The position numbers and the translations under genes are program-made. The notes under the pieces are model-generated. The model saw only the letters and a list, made by a program, of their open reading frames with translations, was not told the DNA's origin and searched no databases. 64,000 bases of DNA from an uncultured Methylomirabilota bacterium (GTDB taxonomy: Bacteria > Methylomirabilota > Methylomirabilia > Methylomirabilales > 2-02-FULL-66-22): contig CAWJSJ010000002.1 of assembly GCA_963845565.1 (NCBI GenBank), forward strand, positions 992,001 to 1,056,000. Reading direction: 5' to 3'. Position 1 is the first letter of the stretch; each line of letters starts with the position of its first letter. Below are positions 12,555 to 20,771 of this stretch, piece after piece.

Positions 12555-13538
12555 CTCCGCTGGTTGCTTCTTTGCGCGGGCCAGGCGGAACGCCAATGCC
12601 ATCGGCCCCTCTGCGGGCCGCGCCACCGCGCCGGCCGCGCCCCGCTTCTCGGGGGGCGTCCGGGGATCGGCCGCCCTCCGCATCGACAGCTCCACGCGAT
12701 GCGTGGTGTCGTTCATTCCGATCACCACCACCTGGACCGATTCGCCGTCGCGCAGCCCCGGCGATTCCCGCCCGGTCTGCCCGGCACGCATCTCGTGACT
12801 CCGCACCAGACCGTCGATGCCGCCCAGGTCGACGATGACGCCGAATGGTCGGCGGCTGCGGACCACCCCCGTCAGGACCGTGCGCTCTGCCATGGCCCGC
12901 CGCAGGCGCGCCCACGCCTCGGCCGCGGGGCTGATGGGCTTCGGCTCCGCCTCCGCTCCACGCCCCTCGCCGGCATCGGCCGGCCCGCGCGCAACGGATC
13001 CCCCGTCGGGCACGTTCGCAGACGGAGCCGGCGCGGCTTCCGCGGGGCGATCCATCCCACTCGGCGGCCGCCGCGTGGGTGGGGGCGAGGCGCCAACCGT
13101 GCGGCCGGACCACGCGCCGCCGGCCTGGGGCCCCTCGACGGCTTGCCGCCGCGCCCGCGCCTCCGCCTTTCGCTGGGCGGCCTCCGCCTCGCGCCGGGCG
13201 ATCTCCGCCGCGACGGCGGCCTGGCGCGCCGCTTCCTGTTCCCGGGCCTCGCGTTCGGCGTCGGTTTCTTGCTGGGGTTGGTCAGGGTGCGCCTCCGCGA
13301 GATGCACGGCCAGGTTTAACACCTCGAACCCGCAATGCGGACACCGGACCGGCTCAGGGGGGCCCGCGCTGGTTCCGACAGTCTCGCGCGGGACATAGGC
13401 GCGCCTCCGGGTCGTCACAGGGCCCGCCATGATCGGGCGAAATCCGGGGGTCTCGATCACGCCTGTCCCGCCGCACTGGAGGCACTGCGGATTGGCGCCG
13501 CCGCAGCGGCAAGCGCGTGGGGTGGGATGGTCGGGCAT
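12552..13538 (-). CDS. S1 RNA-binding-domain protein with N-terminal Zn-binding motifs
   Basis: LTGVVRSRRPFGVIVDLGGIDGLV...VQVVVIGMN...RVELSMR (S1 domain); CRC..CLQCGGTG; CPHC..H..H. Confidence 0.75.
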   Translation of the reverse strand: MPDHPTPRACRCGGANPQCLQCGGTGVIETPGFRPIMAGPVTTRRRAYVPRETVGTSAGPPEPVRCPHCGFEVLNLAVHLAEAHPDQPQQETDAEREAREQEAARQAAVAAEIARREAEAAQRKAEARARRQAVEGPQAGGAWSGRTVGASPPPTRRPPSGMDRPAEAAPAPSANVPDGGSVARGPADAGEGRGAEAEPKPISPAAEAWARLRRAMAERTVLTGVVRSRRPFGVIVDLGGIDGLVRSHEMRAGQTGRESPGLRDGESVQVVVIGMNDTTHRVELSMRRAADPRTPPEKRGAAGAVARPAEGPMALAFRLARAKKQPAE

Positions 13539-13944
13539 ATTGGTCTCAGCCTTTCCTGTAGGCGGCCCTGCCGGTCAGCCCGGGCCGGATCGATGCGCGC
13601 CGAGGCGGATGACGACCGGGCGACGATGACCTGCACACAATCACAACAGCGTCGGACGCCAGCGCGTATTGTACGCGAAGCTCCGCCTCCTTGTCACGCC
13701 CCGACGCCAGACGACGCCTCAGGCCTTGTCCTCCGGAACACCTCACCCCGCCGTCCATTCTGCGCCGGGGAACTCTCCCGCCTGGTGTGAGAATCGCGGG
13801 CCGCGGAGTGATTGACTTCTCGTGCCTTCATCCATACACTTCTCGCCGCCTCAATCGATCAGGCAAGCGCGCTGAACAACAGAATGCCCGTTGCCTATCA
13901 GGGGGCTTTCTGCGATAACCCGCCAAGAGACTTTAGGAGGTTCC

Positions 13945-15261
13945 ATGCACATCGTGGCGCTGACTCCGAAGGTGAAAGAGGCGCTTGCTCGCAAGGGGAA
14001 CGCGTACGTGGAAATGATCCGCGAGCTTGTCCGGGCCTCGGCCAACGGTGACGAGGCGGCGGGGGAGCGCGTGGCGGCCGTCATGACGCAGGTCGGTGGG
14101 AGCGTGACCGTCATTCGGCGGAGCTTCGAAGAGGCGACGGCCGGGAAAGAGCCGCCGGAGCCGGTTGGTCCCGCGAGCCAGGAGCCTCCGCGCGGCAATG
14201 TGGTCGGCACATGGAAGGGGGCGGGGCGAGGACGATCCATGATCCTGTTTGCGCACCACGACAGTCCGGCCCCGAGCGGTCTCGATCGGTGGCGGTACCC
14301 CGCCTTCGACCCCCAGATCGTGGACGGGCGGCTGTACGGCTGGGGCGCGGCGGACGACAAGTCCGGCGTCGCGGCCATGATCGCCGCGGTGGATGTCCTG
14401 CGCGAAGCGGGTCTCTCCCTCGCCGGAGACGTCACGTTGGTGAGCTGCGTGAGTAAGAACCGGGCGCGCGGCATGGCGGTGGTCCTGGCACAGGGTCTCC
14501 AGGCCGATGGTTGCGTGTACCTCCACCCGGCGGAGAGCCGGCGCGGCCTGCGCGAGGTCAAGAACCTGACCCCCGGCCTCCTGGAGTTCCGCGTCACGGT
14601 AGGGGGCAGGGTTCCTGCCACGTCCGAGCCGCAGCACACCCCCTTCGCGCACCAAGGCGAGAACGCCATCGTCACGATGACCAGGATCGTGTCGGCCCTT
14701 CGGGAACTCGACGCGGTGCGAGCGGGGAGGATCAGTGAGCCTTCCTTGCAGGGAATGCTTGGACGCGCGACGAACCTGCTGATCGGCACCGTCACCGGCG
14801 GTGAGGGCGCGAGAAGGGTGCCCGTCCGCTGCAGCATCGATTGCAGCGCCACCTTCCCGACGCCGGAAACCGTCGAGAGCGTTCTGGCGGAGATCCAGGG
14901 CGCAGTAGATGCCGCCGCCACGAGCGACCCGTGGCTGTGCGAGCACCCGCCGGTCATCGACTGCTTGGAGGGAACACAGCCGGCGGGAATCGCGCCCGAA
15001 CACCCACTGTTCCAGATCGTGAGCCAATCCATCGCGGCCGTGACCGGTCACTCGCCTGCGCCCTACTGCGGCCACTCCGCGAGCGACATCCGGATCCCGA
15101 TGATCTACGCCGGCATCCCGGCCGTCGGCTACGGACCGCGCTGCACCGAGATTGCCGCGGCCGGAGCCGCCGACGAATCCATCGAGATCGCGGAGTTCCT
15201 CAGCACGGTGACGGTCACCGCCCTTGCTCTCGCCGCCTGGTGCGGGATCGAAGAGGGGTGA
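13945..15261 (+). CDS. M20/ArgE-DapE family metallohydrolase with a non-canonical active site
   Basis: AGGAGG RBS; LFAHHD, GRLYGWGAADDKSG; VSKNR replaces the EE motif. Confidence 0.8.
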   Translation: MHIVALTPKVKEALARKGNAYVEMIRELVRASANGDEAAGERVAAVMTQVGGSVTVIRRSFEEATAGKEPPEPVGPASQEPPRGNVVGTWKGAGRGRSMILFAHHDSPAPSGLDRWRYPAFDPQIVDGRLYGWGAADDKSGVAAMIAAVDVLREAGLSLAGDVTLVSCVSKNRARGMAVVLAQGLQADGCVYLHPAESRRGLREVKNLTPGLLEFRVTVGGRVPATSEPQHTPFAHQGENAIVTMTRIVSALRELDAVRAGRISEPSLQGMLGRATNLLIGTVTGGEGARRVPVRCSIDCSATFPTPETVESVLAEIQGAVDAAATSDPWLCEHPPVIDCLEGTQPAGIAPEHPLFQIVSQSIAAVTGHSPAPYCGHSASDIRIPMIYAGIPAVGYGPRCTEIAAAGAADESIEIAEFLSTVTVTALALAAWCGIEEG

Positions 15262-15263
15262 CA

Positions 15264-15290
15264 CCGCGGATTTCACAGATTGCGCAGATT
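15264..15290. repeat. short 9-nt-period repeat (CGCGGATTT-CACAGATTG-CGCAGATT) after a stop codon
   Basis: Three imperfect C(A/G)C(A/G)GATT units in the intergenic region. Confidence 0.45.
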
Positions 15291-15388
15291 GGGAAGGCTG
15301 TGGACAAACGTTGCGGGGGTGCCCGGGCCGGAGGGCCGCTCTCCAGCCAACCGGAGAGCGGGATTCCTCGCTCAGCGTCGAGGGGCCC

Positions 15389-16309
15389 TTACCATGCCAG
15401 GACGCGCCGAGGGTTCTCAATCGTCATGACATCCAGCTCCGCCTGCGAGACGCCGCGCGCCCTGAGCAGGTCGAAAAACCGAGTGAACACCACGTCGTAG
15501 CCGACCCCGCCGAAGGCGTGCATGTCGGAGCGATGGCACCGGTCGCTGGAAAGGAGCAACCGCTCCGCCCACCCCGCCCGCACAAGGGCGACCAGTGCAT
15601 CGGCGCGCCGCTCATCCGGATTCATGTGAACGCGACCCACGGTATCGAACTGCGCGTAGGCTCCCGCCTGCAGGACGGCCAGGTGGTATTCGCGGTCCAG
15701 GAACGTGTCGCAGTGGCCAACGATCACGCGGGACGGGTCCACCCCCTCGTCCCGTAGGATGGCGAGCTGGGCCGTGCCGACGGGATACATCGAGGCATGC
15801 GTGGTGAGCGGGGCCCCCGTGGCGCGTTGGGCCCGCGCCGCAGCGCGAAGGACCCGCTCTTCTTGCGCCGTCAGGTAGCTCCCGTGGGCGCCGATCTCGC
15901 CGATGATGCCGGCGCGGATCCCGGTGCCGCCCACCCCCCGGGTTAGCTCGGCGATCATCTGGCCAGCCAACGCCTCGGTGGGCGTCCGGTCGATGGACTC
16001 CGGGTAGTACGGCTGACGGTACCAGCCGGTGCCCATGACGATGCGCAGGCCCGTCCGCTCCGCCACGCGCCGTAGCCGTTCGGGGTCTCGGCCAAAGTCC
16101 GGCGTCGTCACCTCGACCAGCGCCGTTCCGCCGGCGCGCACCAGCATCCCCAGCTCTTCGACGGCCAGTTCCTCGTCGTTGAGGAGTTGGTTCAGGTTCC
16201 CCGTGATCCGGTAGAAATCGCAGAAGACGTGCTCGTGAGGTAGGGTGCGTCCCAGAGCCGCCGGCTCCACGGGACCCTGCACGGTGTGGATCGTGCCTGC
16301 CTGCGCCAT
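15389..16309 (-). CDS. phosphotriesterase-family (Php-like) amidohydrolase
   Basis: TLPHEH, GTGWY, GIIGEIG, TTH, GHCD, LLSSD. Confidence 0.9.
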   Translation of the reverse strand: MAQAGTIHTVQGPVEPAALGRTLPHEHVFCDFYRITGNLNQLLNDEELAVEELGMLVRAGGTALVEVTTPDFGRDPERLRRVAERTGLRIVMGTGWYRQPYYPESIDRTPTEALAGQMIAELTRGVGGTGIRAGIIGEIGAHGSYLTAQEERVLRAAARAQRATGAPLTTHASMYPVGTAQLAILRDEGVDPSRVIVGHCDTFLDREYHLAVLQAGAYAQFDTVGRVHMNPDERRADALVALVRAGWAERLLLSSDRCHRSDMHAFGGVGYDVVFTRFFDLLRARGVSQAELDVMTIENPRRVLAW

Positions 16310-16319
16310 GCCCGTGTCC

Positions 16320-16424
16320 TTAGGAGCCGTTACGAAATAACCTATACATCTCTTTCTATTTCGTTACGGCTCCTTATGCCGTTTCGGAATGTCTCCGCTC
16401 AACTAATTCTTTGACAACGGCTTA
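16320..16424. mobile_element. TTA-flanked tandem mini inverted-repeat element, copy 2
   Basis: Near-identical to 12450-12554. The right TTA is the stop codon of 16422..17213; the left TTA overlaps the RBS of the next gene. Confidence 0.85.
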
Positions 16425-17213
16425 ATGGAGGATCTTGCCGAGGAACTGCCTGGTGCGCTCGTGCTGAGGCGCGGTGAAGAAGCGGTCTGCGGCGGCCTCC
16501 TCCATGATCCGCCCCTCGTCCATGAAGATGATGCGATCCGCCGCGGCCTTGGCGAAGCCCATCTCGTGCGTGACCACGATCATGGTCATACCCTGCTCCG
16601 AGAGCTTCAACATGACATCCAGGACCTCGGTGATCATCTCGGGGTCCAGGGCGGACGTCGGCTCGTCGAAGAGCATGAGCGCGGGCCGCATGGCCAGCGC
16701 CCGGGCAATGGCGATGCGCTGCTGCTGGCCACCGGACAGCTGCCCGGGGTAGGCGTCGGCCTTGTTGGGGAGTCCCACCATCTCCAGAAGCTGCCGCGCG
16801 TTGCGCTCCGCGTCCTCTTTCTTCTGCCGCAGGACGTGGAGGGGGCCGGCGGTGATATTCTCCAGGGCCGTGAGATGAGGGAACAGGTTGAACTGCTGGA
16901 ACACCATCCCCACGTCCTGCCGTTGCTTGGCCACCTCACGTTCCCGCAGCTCGACCGGCCGGCCGGCCGCCTCGCGGTAGCCCATGGGATGGCCATTCAA
17001 GCGGATCCGCCCCTCATCGATCTTCTCCAGGTGATTGATGCAGCGGAGCAGCGTGCTCTTCCCCGAGCCGCTGGGCCCGATCAGCACGATCACCTCGCCC
17101 CGCTGGACCGTCATCCCGACGCCCTTCAGGACGTGGAGCGACCCGAAGTACTTGTGGACGTTCTCGACCTCGACGATCGGCTGGCCGGATGTGGTTCCGG
17201 AAGGTCCTGACAC
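16422..17213 (-). CDS. polar amino acid ABC ATP-binding protein (GlnQ-like)
   Basis: [37 protein letters not shown]. Confidence 0.95.
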   Translation of the reverse strand: MSGPSGTTSGQPIVEVENVHKYFGSLHVLKGVGMTVQRGEVIVLIGPSGSGKSTLLRCINHLEKIDEGRIRLNGHPMGYREAAGRPVELREREVAKQRQDVGMVFQQFNLFPHLTALENITAGPLHVLRQKKEDAERNARQLLEMVGLPNKADAYPGQLSGGQQQRIAIARALAMRPALMLFDEPTSALDPEMITEVLDVMLKLSEQGMTMIVVTHEMGFAKAAADRIIFMDEGRIMEEAAADRFFTAPQHERTRQFLGKILH

Positions 17214-17224
17214 GGGACTCCTCG

Positions 17225-17986
17225 CTAGCGCAGGTCGTGTTCCATTTCGCGGCGGTCCAGACGGGCCGAGCCGCCATTGGCAGTGCCCGCCCCGTTGGTG
17301 CGCTTCCGCTCCGCCGTCGGCGTCACAGAGCGGCCGAAGTGGGCCTCAAGCCGCCGTTGCACTACCCCCCAGGCGGTAATCATCACCAGGTAGTAGAGCG
17401 CGGCCACGGTGAAGATCTCCAACACGCGGAAGTCGACCTGGATCAGCATCTGTCCGCGGCGCAGCAACTCCTCCATCGAAATCACCGAGGTGATCGAGGT
17501 GGTCTTGAGCAGGCCGTTGAAGTTGTTGCCCAGGGGCGGAATGATGACCCGCGCCGCCTGGGGCAGCACGATCACCCGCATCAACGTGGAATAGTCCATG
17601 CCCAAAGCGCGGGCGGCGTCGAACTGCCCCCTGGGCACCGAGAGGATGCCGGCGCGGATGATCTCGGATAAATATGCCCCCTCGTTCAGGCTGAGTCCCA
17701 GGAGCGCGGACTGGACGACATTCAGCTTAATCCCGACTTGCGGAAGGCCTGTGTAGATGATGATGAGCTGGACAAGGAGCGGGGTGCCCCGCATGATCCA
17801 CAGATAGAAGCCGGCAATGGATTGGAGCGCCCGGTTCTTGGACATGTTCATGACGGCCGCCAGCAGGCCCAATAGCAGCCCGAACGTCATCACGACCGCC
17901 GATAGCCAGATTGTGGTCCAAGCCCCTTCGAGCAGGTACGGGCTGACAAGGTACCGGAAGAACGCGCCCCAATCCCATCCAGGCAT
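17225..17986 (-). CDS. polar amino acid ABC permease
   Basis: [35 protein letters not shown]. Confidence 0.95.
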   Translation of the reverse strand: MPGWDWGAFFRYLVSPYLLEGAWTTIWLSAVVMTFGLLLGLLAAVMNMSKNRALQSIAGFYLWIMRGTPLLVQLIIIYTGLPQVGIKLNVVQSALLGLSLNEGAYLSEIIRAGILSVPRGQFDAARALGMDYSTLMRVIVLPQAARVIIPPLGNNFNGLLKTTSITSVISMEELLRRGQMLIQVDFRVLEIFTVAALYYLVMITAWGVVQRRLEAHFGRSVTPTAERKRTNGAGTANGGSARLDRREMEHDLR

Positions 17987-18110
17987 CGAATTCGCCCCCG
18001 CGATGCTCCCCCAAGAAACCCCGCGGCGTCCCGGAAATTTCCGGTGCGCCGCGGGGGCCCATCCAGATTCCGGCCAGTCCAGCGAAATACCGAAAAGGCC
18101 TAGTTCCCAT

Positions 18111-18235
18111 CAGGCTGCGCAAAATGGTCCAGATGCAAGGCGACACACCGCAGGCGGAGCGAGGCGTACCGGAGGTACGTCGCAGCGAGTGCCAAGGTGG
18201 GTCAACGCCGCAGATGGGCCGTTTTCAGCAGCCGG
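18111..18235. mobile_element. ~125-bp MITE-like element with terminal inverted repeats, copy 1
   Basis: CAGGCTGCGCAAAATGGTCCAGATGC...GCAGATGGGCCGTTTTCAGCAGCCGG; homologous to 29876-30001. Confidence 0.75.
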
Positions 18236-18236
18236 G

Positions 18237-19070
18237 CTATGGCATGTCGGGGCCCTTCAACTCCAGCGGCTTGTCCGCCGGCATCTTGGCGGCGCCCCAC
18301 TTGTCCATGAGCTTGTCGTAGGTGCCATCCTTGCGCATGTCGTTGAGCGCCTTCAATACCGCCATCCCGACCTCCTTGTTCCGGAAAGCCAGGGTGGCCG
18401 GCGATCCCCGCAGGCCGGAGACCGCCCGCTCGAAATCGCCGCGGTCTTGATAGTATTTCGCGTTCACGTCCACGCTGACGACCGCGTCCACCTGGCCCGC
18501 CCGCAGCGCCTGGAAAGCGTCCGCGAAGGTACTGAAGGTCCGGATATCGATCGGCTTCTCGCCGGCCTTGACCTGCTCCTCGTTGATGCTGGTGATCTGG
18601 CGGAATTCGTAGCCGCCGATCTCCACGGCGACCCGCTTCCCGGCGACGTCCTTGGTCGAGGCGATCTTCTGGGGGTTCCCCTTGGGGACCGCGATGCTGA
18701 CAGCCTGGTACTCGTAGGGGATCAGGTACAGGATCTTGGCCCGCTCCGGGGTGAAGAACATACCCGTGATACTGGCATCCCAGCGGCCGCTCTGCAGGCC
18801 CGGGATGTGGGTCTCAAAGCCCACGTTGATCCACGTCATCTTGAGACCCATCCGCTTGGCGATCTCCTCGCCCATCTCGATCCGCATCCCCTGGAGCTTC
18901 CCGCTGGCGTCCACAAACTGATAGGGGGGAATGGTCGCGTTCGTGGCCGCAGTGAGCGCGCCCGCCGTGACGACAGGCAGCGTCTGGGCCTGAACCACGC
19001 CCGGCAGGATGGCGACCGCCAGCACCATCAACCCGATGACCACGCAGAGATACCGTGTGCTCGTCTTCAT
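18237..19070 (-). CDS. polar amino acid ABC substrate-binding protein (family 3)
   Basis: Signal peptide; PPYQF, LQSGRWD, ALRAGQVDA, DGTYDKLMDKW. Confidence 0.9.
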   Translation of the reverse strand: MKTSTRYLCVVIGLMVLAVAILPGVVQAQTLPVVTAGALTAATNATIPPYQFVDASGKLQGMRIEMGEEIAKRMGLKMTWINVGFETHIPGLQSGRWDASITGMFFTPERAKILYLIPYEYQAVSIAVPKGNPQKIASTKDVAGKRVAVEIGGYEFRQITSINEEQVKAGEKPIDIRTFSTFADAFQALRAGQVDAVVSVDVNAKYYQDRGDFERAVSGLRGSPATLAFRNKEVGMAVLKALNDMRKDGTYDKLMDKWGAAKMPADKPLELKGPDMP

Positions 19071-19334
19071 AGCTCCTCCTCCGTCGATGCCAACTGTTTC
19101 GGACGTCTTTCCCTTCCTGCCGATGGCCTCGGCCAGTCTTCTGCAACGCCTATACCGAGAACACGGAATTGGCCCGCGCCGAGGAACCGCCCTATCCGCA
19201 AGCCCTTTACCCTCTCCGTCGCCGGAATCCGAGCCGGCATCACGCTTCCGGTGCCCACGCCGTGCGCATCGCCGGCCGTCGCTGATGGTTTTTGCGCCAG
19301 CCGGGTTCTCCAGCGACGCGTGGCTTCGCCGCCG

Positions 19335-20714
19335 CTACCGGACCGCGCCGCCCGGAGCCACGAATCGTCCGAAGCCCGGCTCTTGCCGGATTTCGTGGTC
19401 GGCGTAGACTGTCTGTCCACGCACCATCGTCTCTTTCACCCGGCCGCGGAAGGTCCGCCCCTCATAGGGGCCGCGCTGCGTCTTCGCCTTGATGTATGAC
19501 GACGTGAACGAATAGGTCCAGGTCTCATCCGGGTCCACCAGCACTAGGTCGGCATCGGCCCCCAGCCGGATGGCGCCCTTTTGCGGATAGAGGCCGTGGA
19601 TCTTTGCCGGATTGGTGCTGGCGAGCTGGGCCAGCCTTTCCCAGCTCAGGCCCTGGCGGTGGATCCCCTCGTCGACGAGGGAGGGGAGCAGGGTATCGAA
19701 GCCAGGCATGCCGGAGGGGATGGCGAAGATGTTCGTGCCGTGCTTGAGGCGATCGTCGTCGGTGAAGGGGAAATGATCCGAGGCCAGCGTATCGATGCGC
19801 CCATCCTTGACCATCTGCCACAGACCCCGGCGGCATGCCTCGCTCCGGATGGGCGGGGCGCACTTGGCGAAACCGTGCAGGCGGTCCAGGTCGTCGGTGT
19901 TCATGGTCAGATAGTGGGCGCATGTCTCGACCCAGACCTGCACGCCGTCCCGCCGCGCCTCTGCGATGACCGGCCAGGCGTTGGGCGTGGCCAGATGCAG
20001 GATGAGCACGCGGCAGCGGGTGTGGCGGGCGAAGAGCAGCACGCGGGAGATGGCCTCGATCTCGGCGATCTCGGGCCGTGCCTGCTCGTGGGCGCTGCCC
20101 TTGAAGTTGCCCTCGGCGGCGAGCCGCTTTTCGAAGCCGTCGGTGAGCGCGCTGTTCTCGCAGTGAATGCCCATCACGCCGCCCACGGCGGCGACCTTCT
20201 CCATGGCGGTGAGCAGCTCGTAGTCCGTCAGGCTGGCATAGTCCTTCCCGAACCAGGCCGTGAACACCTTGTAGGCGGTGCAGCCCGCCGCCTTCAGCCC
20301 CGCGATGTCGTCGGGTGTGTTGCTGACGCAGCCGCCCCAGAGTGCGAAGTCGATGACGCTCTTCCGCTCCGCGATGCGCCGCTTGTTGGTGAAGCCCGCG
20401 ACGTCGATGGCGGGCGGCACGCCCTGGGCCATCTCGATGATGGTGGTGATTCCGCCGCTGGCCGCCGTCATGGTGCCCGTGGTCCAGTCCTCGCGATGGG
20501 CGTTCGGTCCGGGCTCCCACACGTGGGCGTGCTCATCGACGAGGCCCGGCAGAACCACCCGGTGCCCGGCGTCCAGGACGGTCGTGGCGTCAAAGCGCTC
20601 CGGTCTGTCCGCGATACCGGTGATCCTTCCATCGGTGATGGCGATGGCGCAGGCGGTGAGGCCGTGTTCCAGGACGATGCGCGTGCCGTGGATGACTCGA
20701 TCCGCTCTCTGCAT
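19335..20714 (-). CDS. cyclic amidohydrolase (allantoinase/dihydroorotase/hydantoinase family)
   Basis: PGLVDEHAH, GGITTIIEM, YKVF, HCEN, LHL, KCAPPIR, ASDH. Confidence 0.9.
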   Translation of the reverse strand: MQRADRVIHGTRIVLEHGLTACAIAITDGRITGIADRPERFDATTVLDAGHRVVLPGLVDEHAHVWEPGPNAHREDWTTGTMTAASGGITTIIEMAQGVPPAIDVAGFTNKRRIAERKSVIDFALWGGCVSNTPDDIAGLKAAGCTAYKVFTAWFGKDYASLTDYELLTAMEKVAAVGGVMGIHCENSALTDGFEKRLAAEGNFKGSAHEQARPEIAEIEAISRVLLFARHTRCRVLILHLATPNAWPVIAEARRDGVQVWVETCAHYLTMNTDDLDRLHGFAKCAPPIRSEACRRGLWQMVKDGRIDTLASDHFPFTDDDRLKHGTNIFAIPSGMPGFDTLLPSLVDEGIHRQGLSWERLAQLASTNPAKIHGLYPQKGAIRLGADADLVLVDPDETWTYSFTSSYIKAKTQRGPYEGRTFRGRVKETMVRGQTVYADHEIRQEPGFGRFVAPGGAVR

Positions 20715-20771
20715 AGCCTTCTGCGCTCCCTGGGTTCGAGGCGGGGGCTGCCGGGAGATACCGGTTCGCCC

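Noticed and set aside
12450..16424. Composite transposon bounded by the two 105-bp repeats
   Set aside because: No transposase is present. Each copy has its own TTA duplication at an independent stop codon, and copy 2 lies inside an operon.
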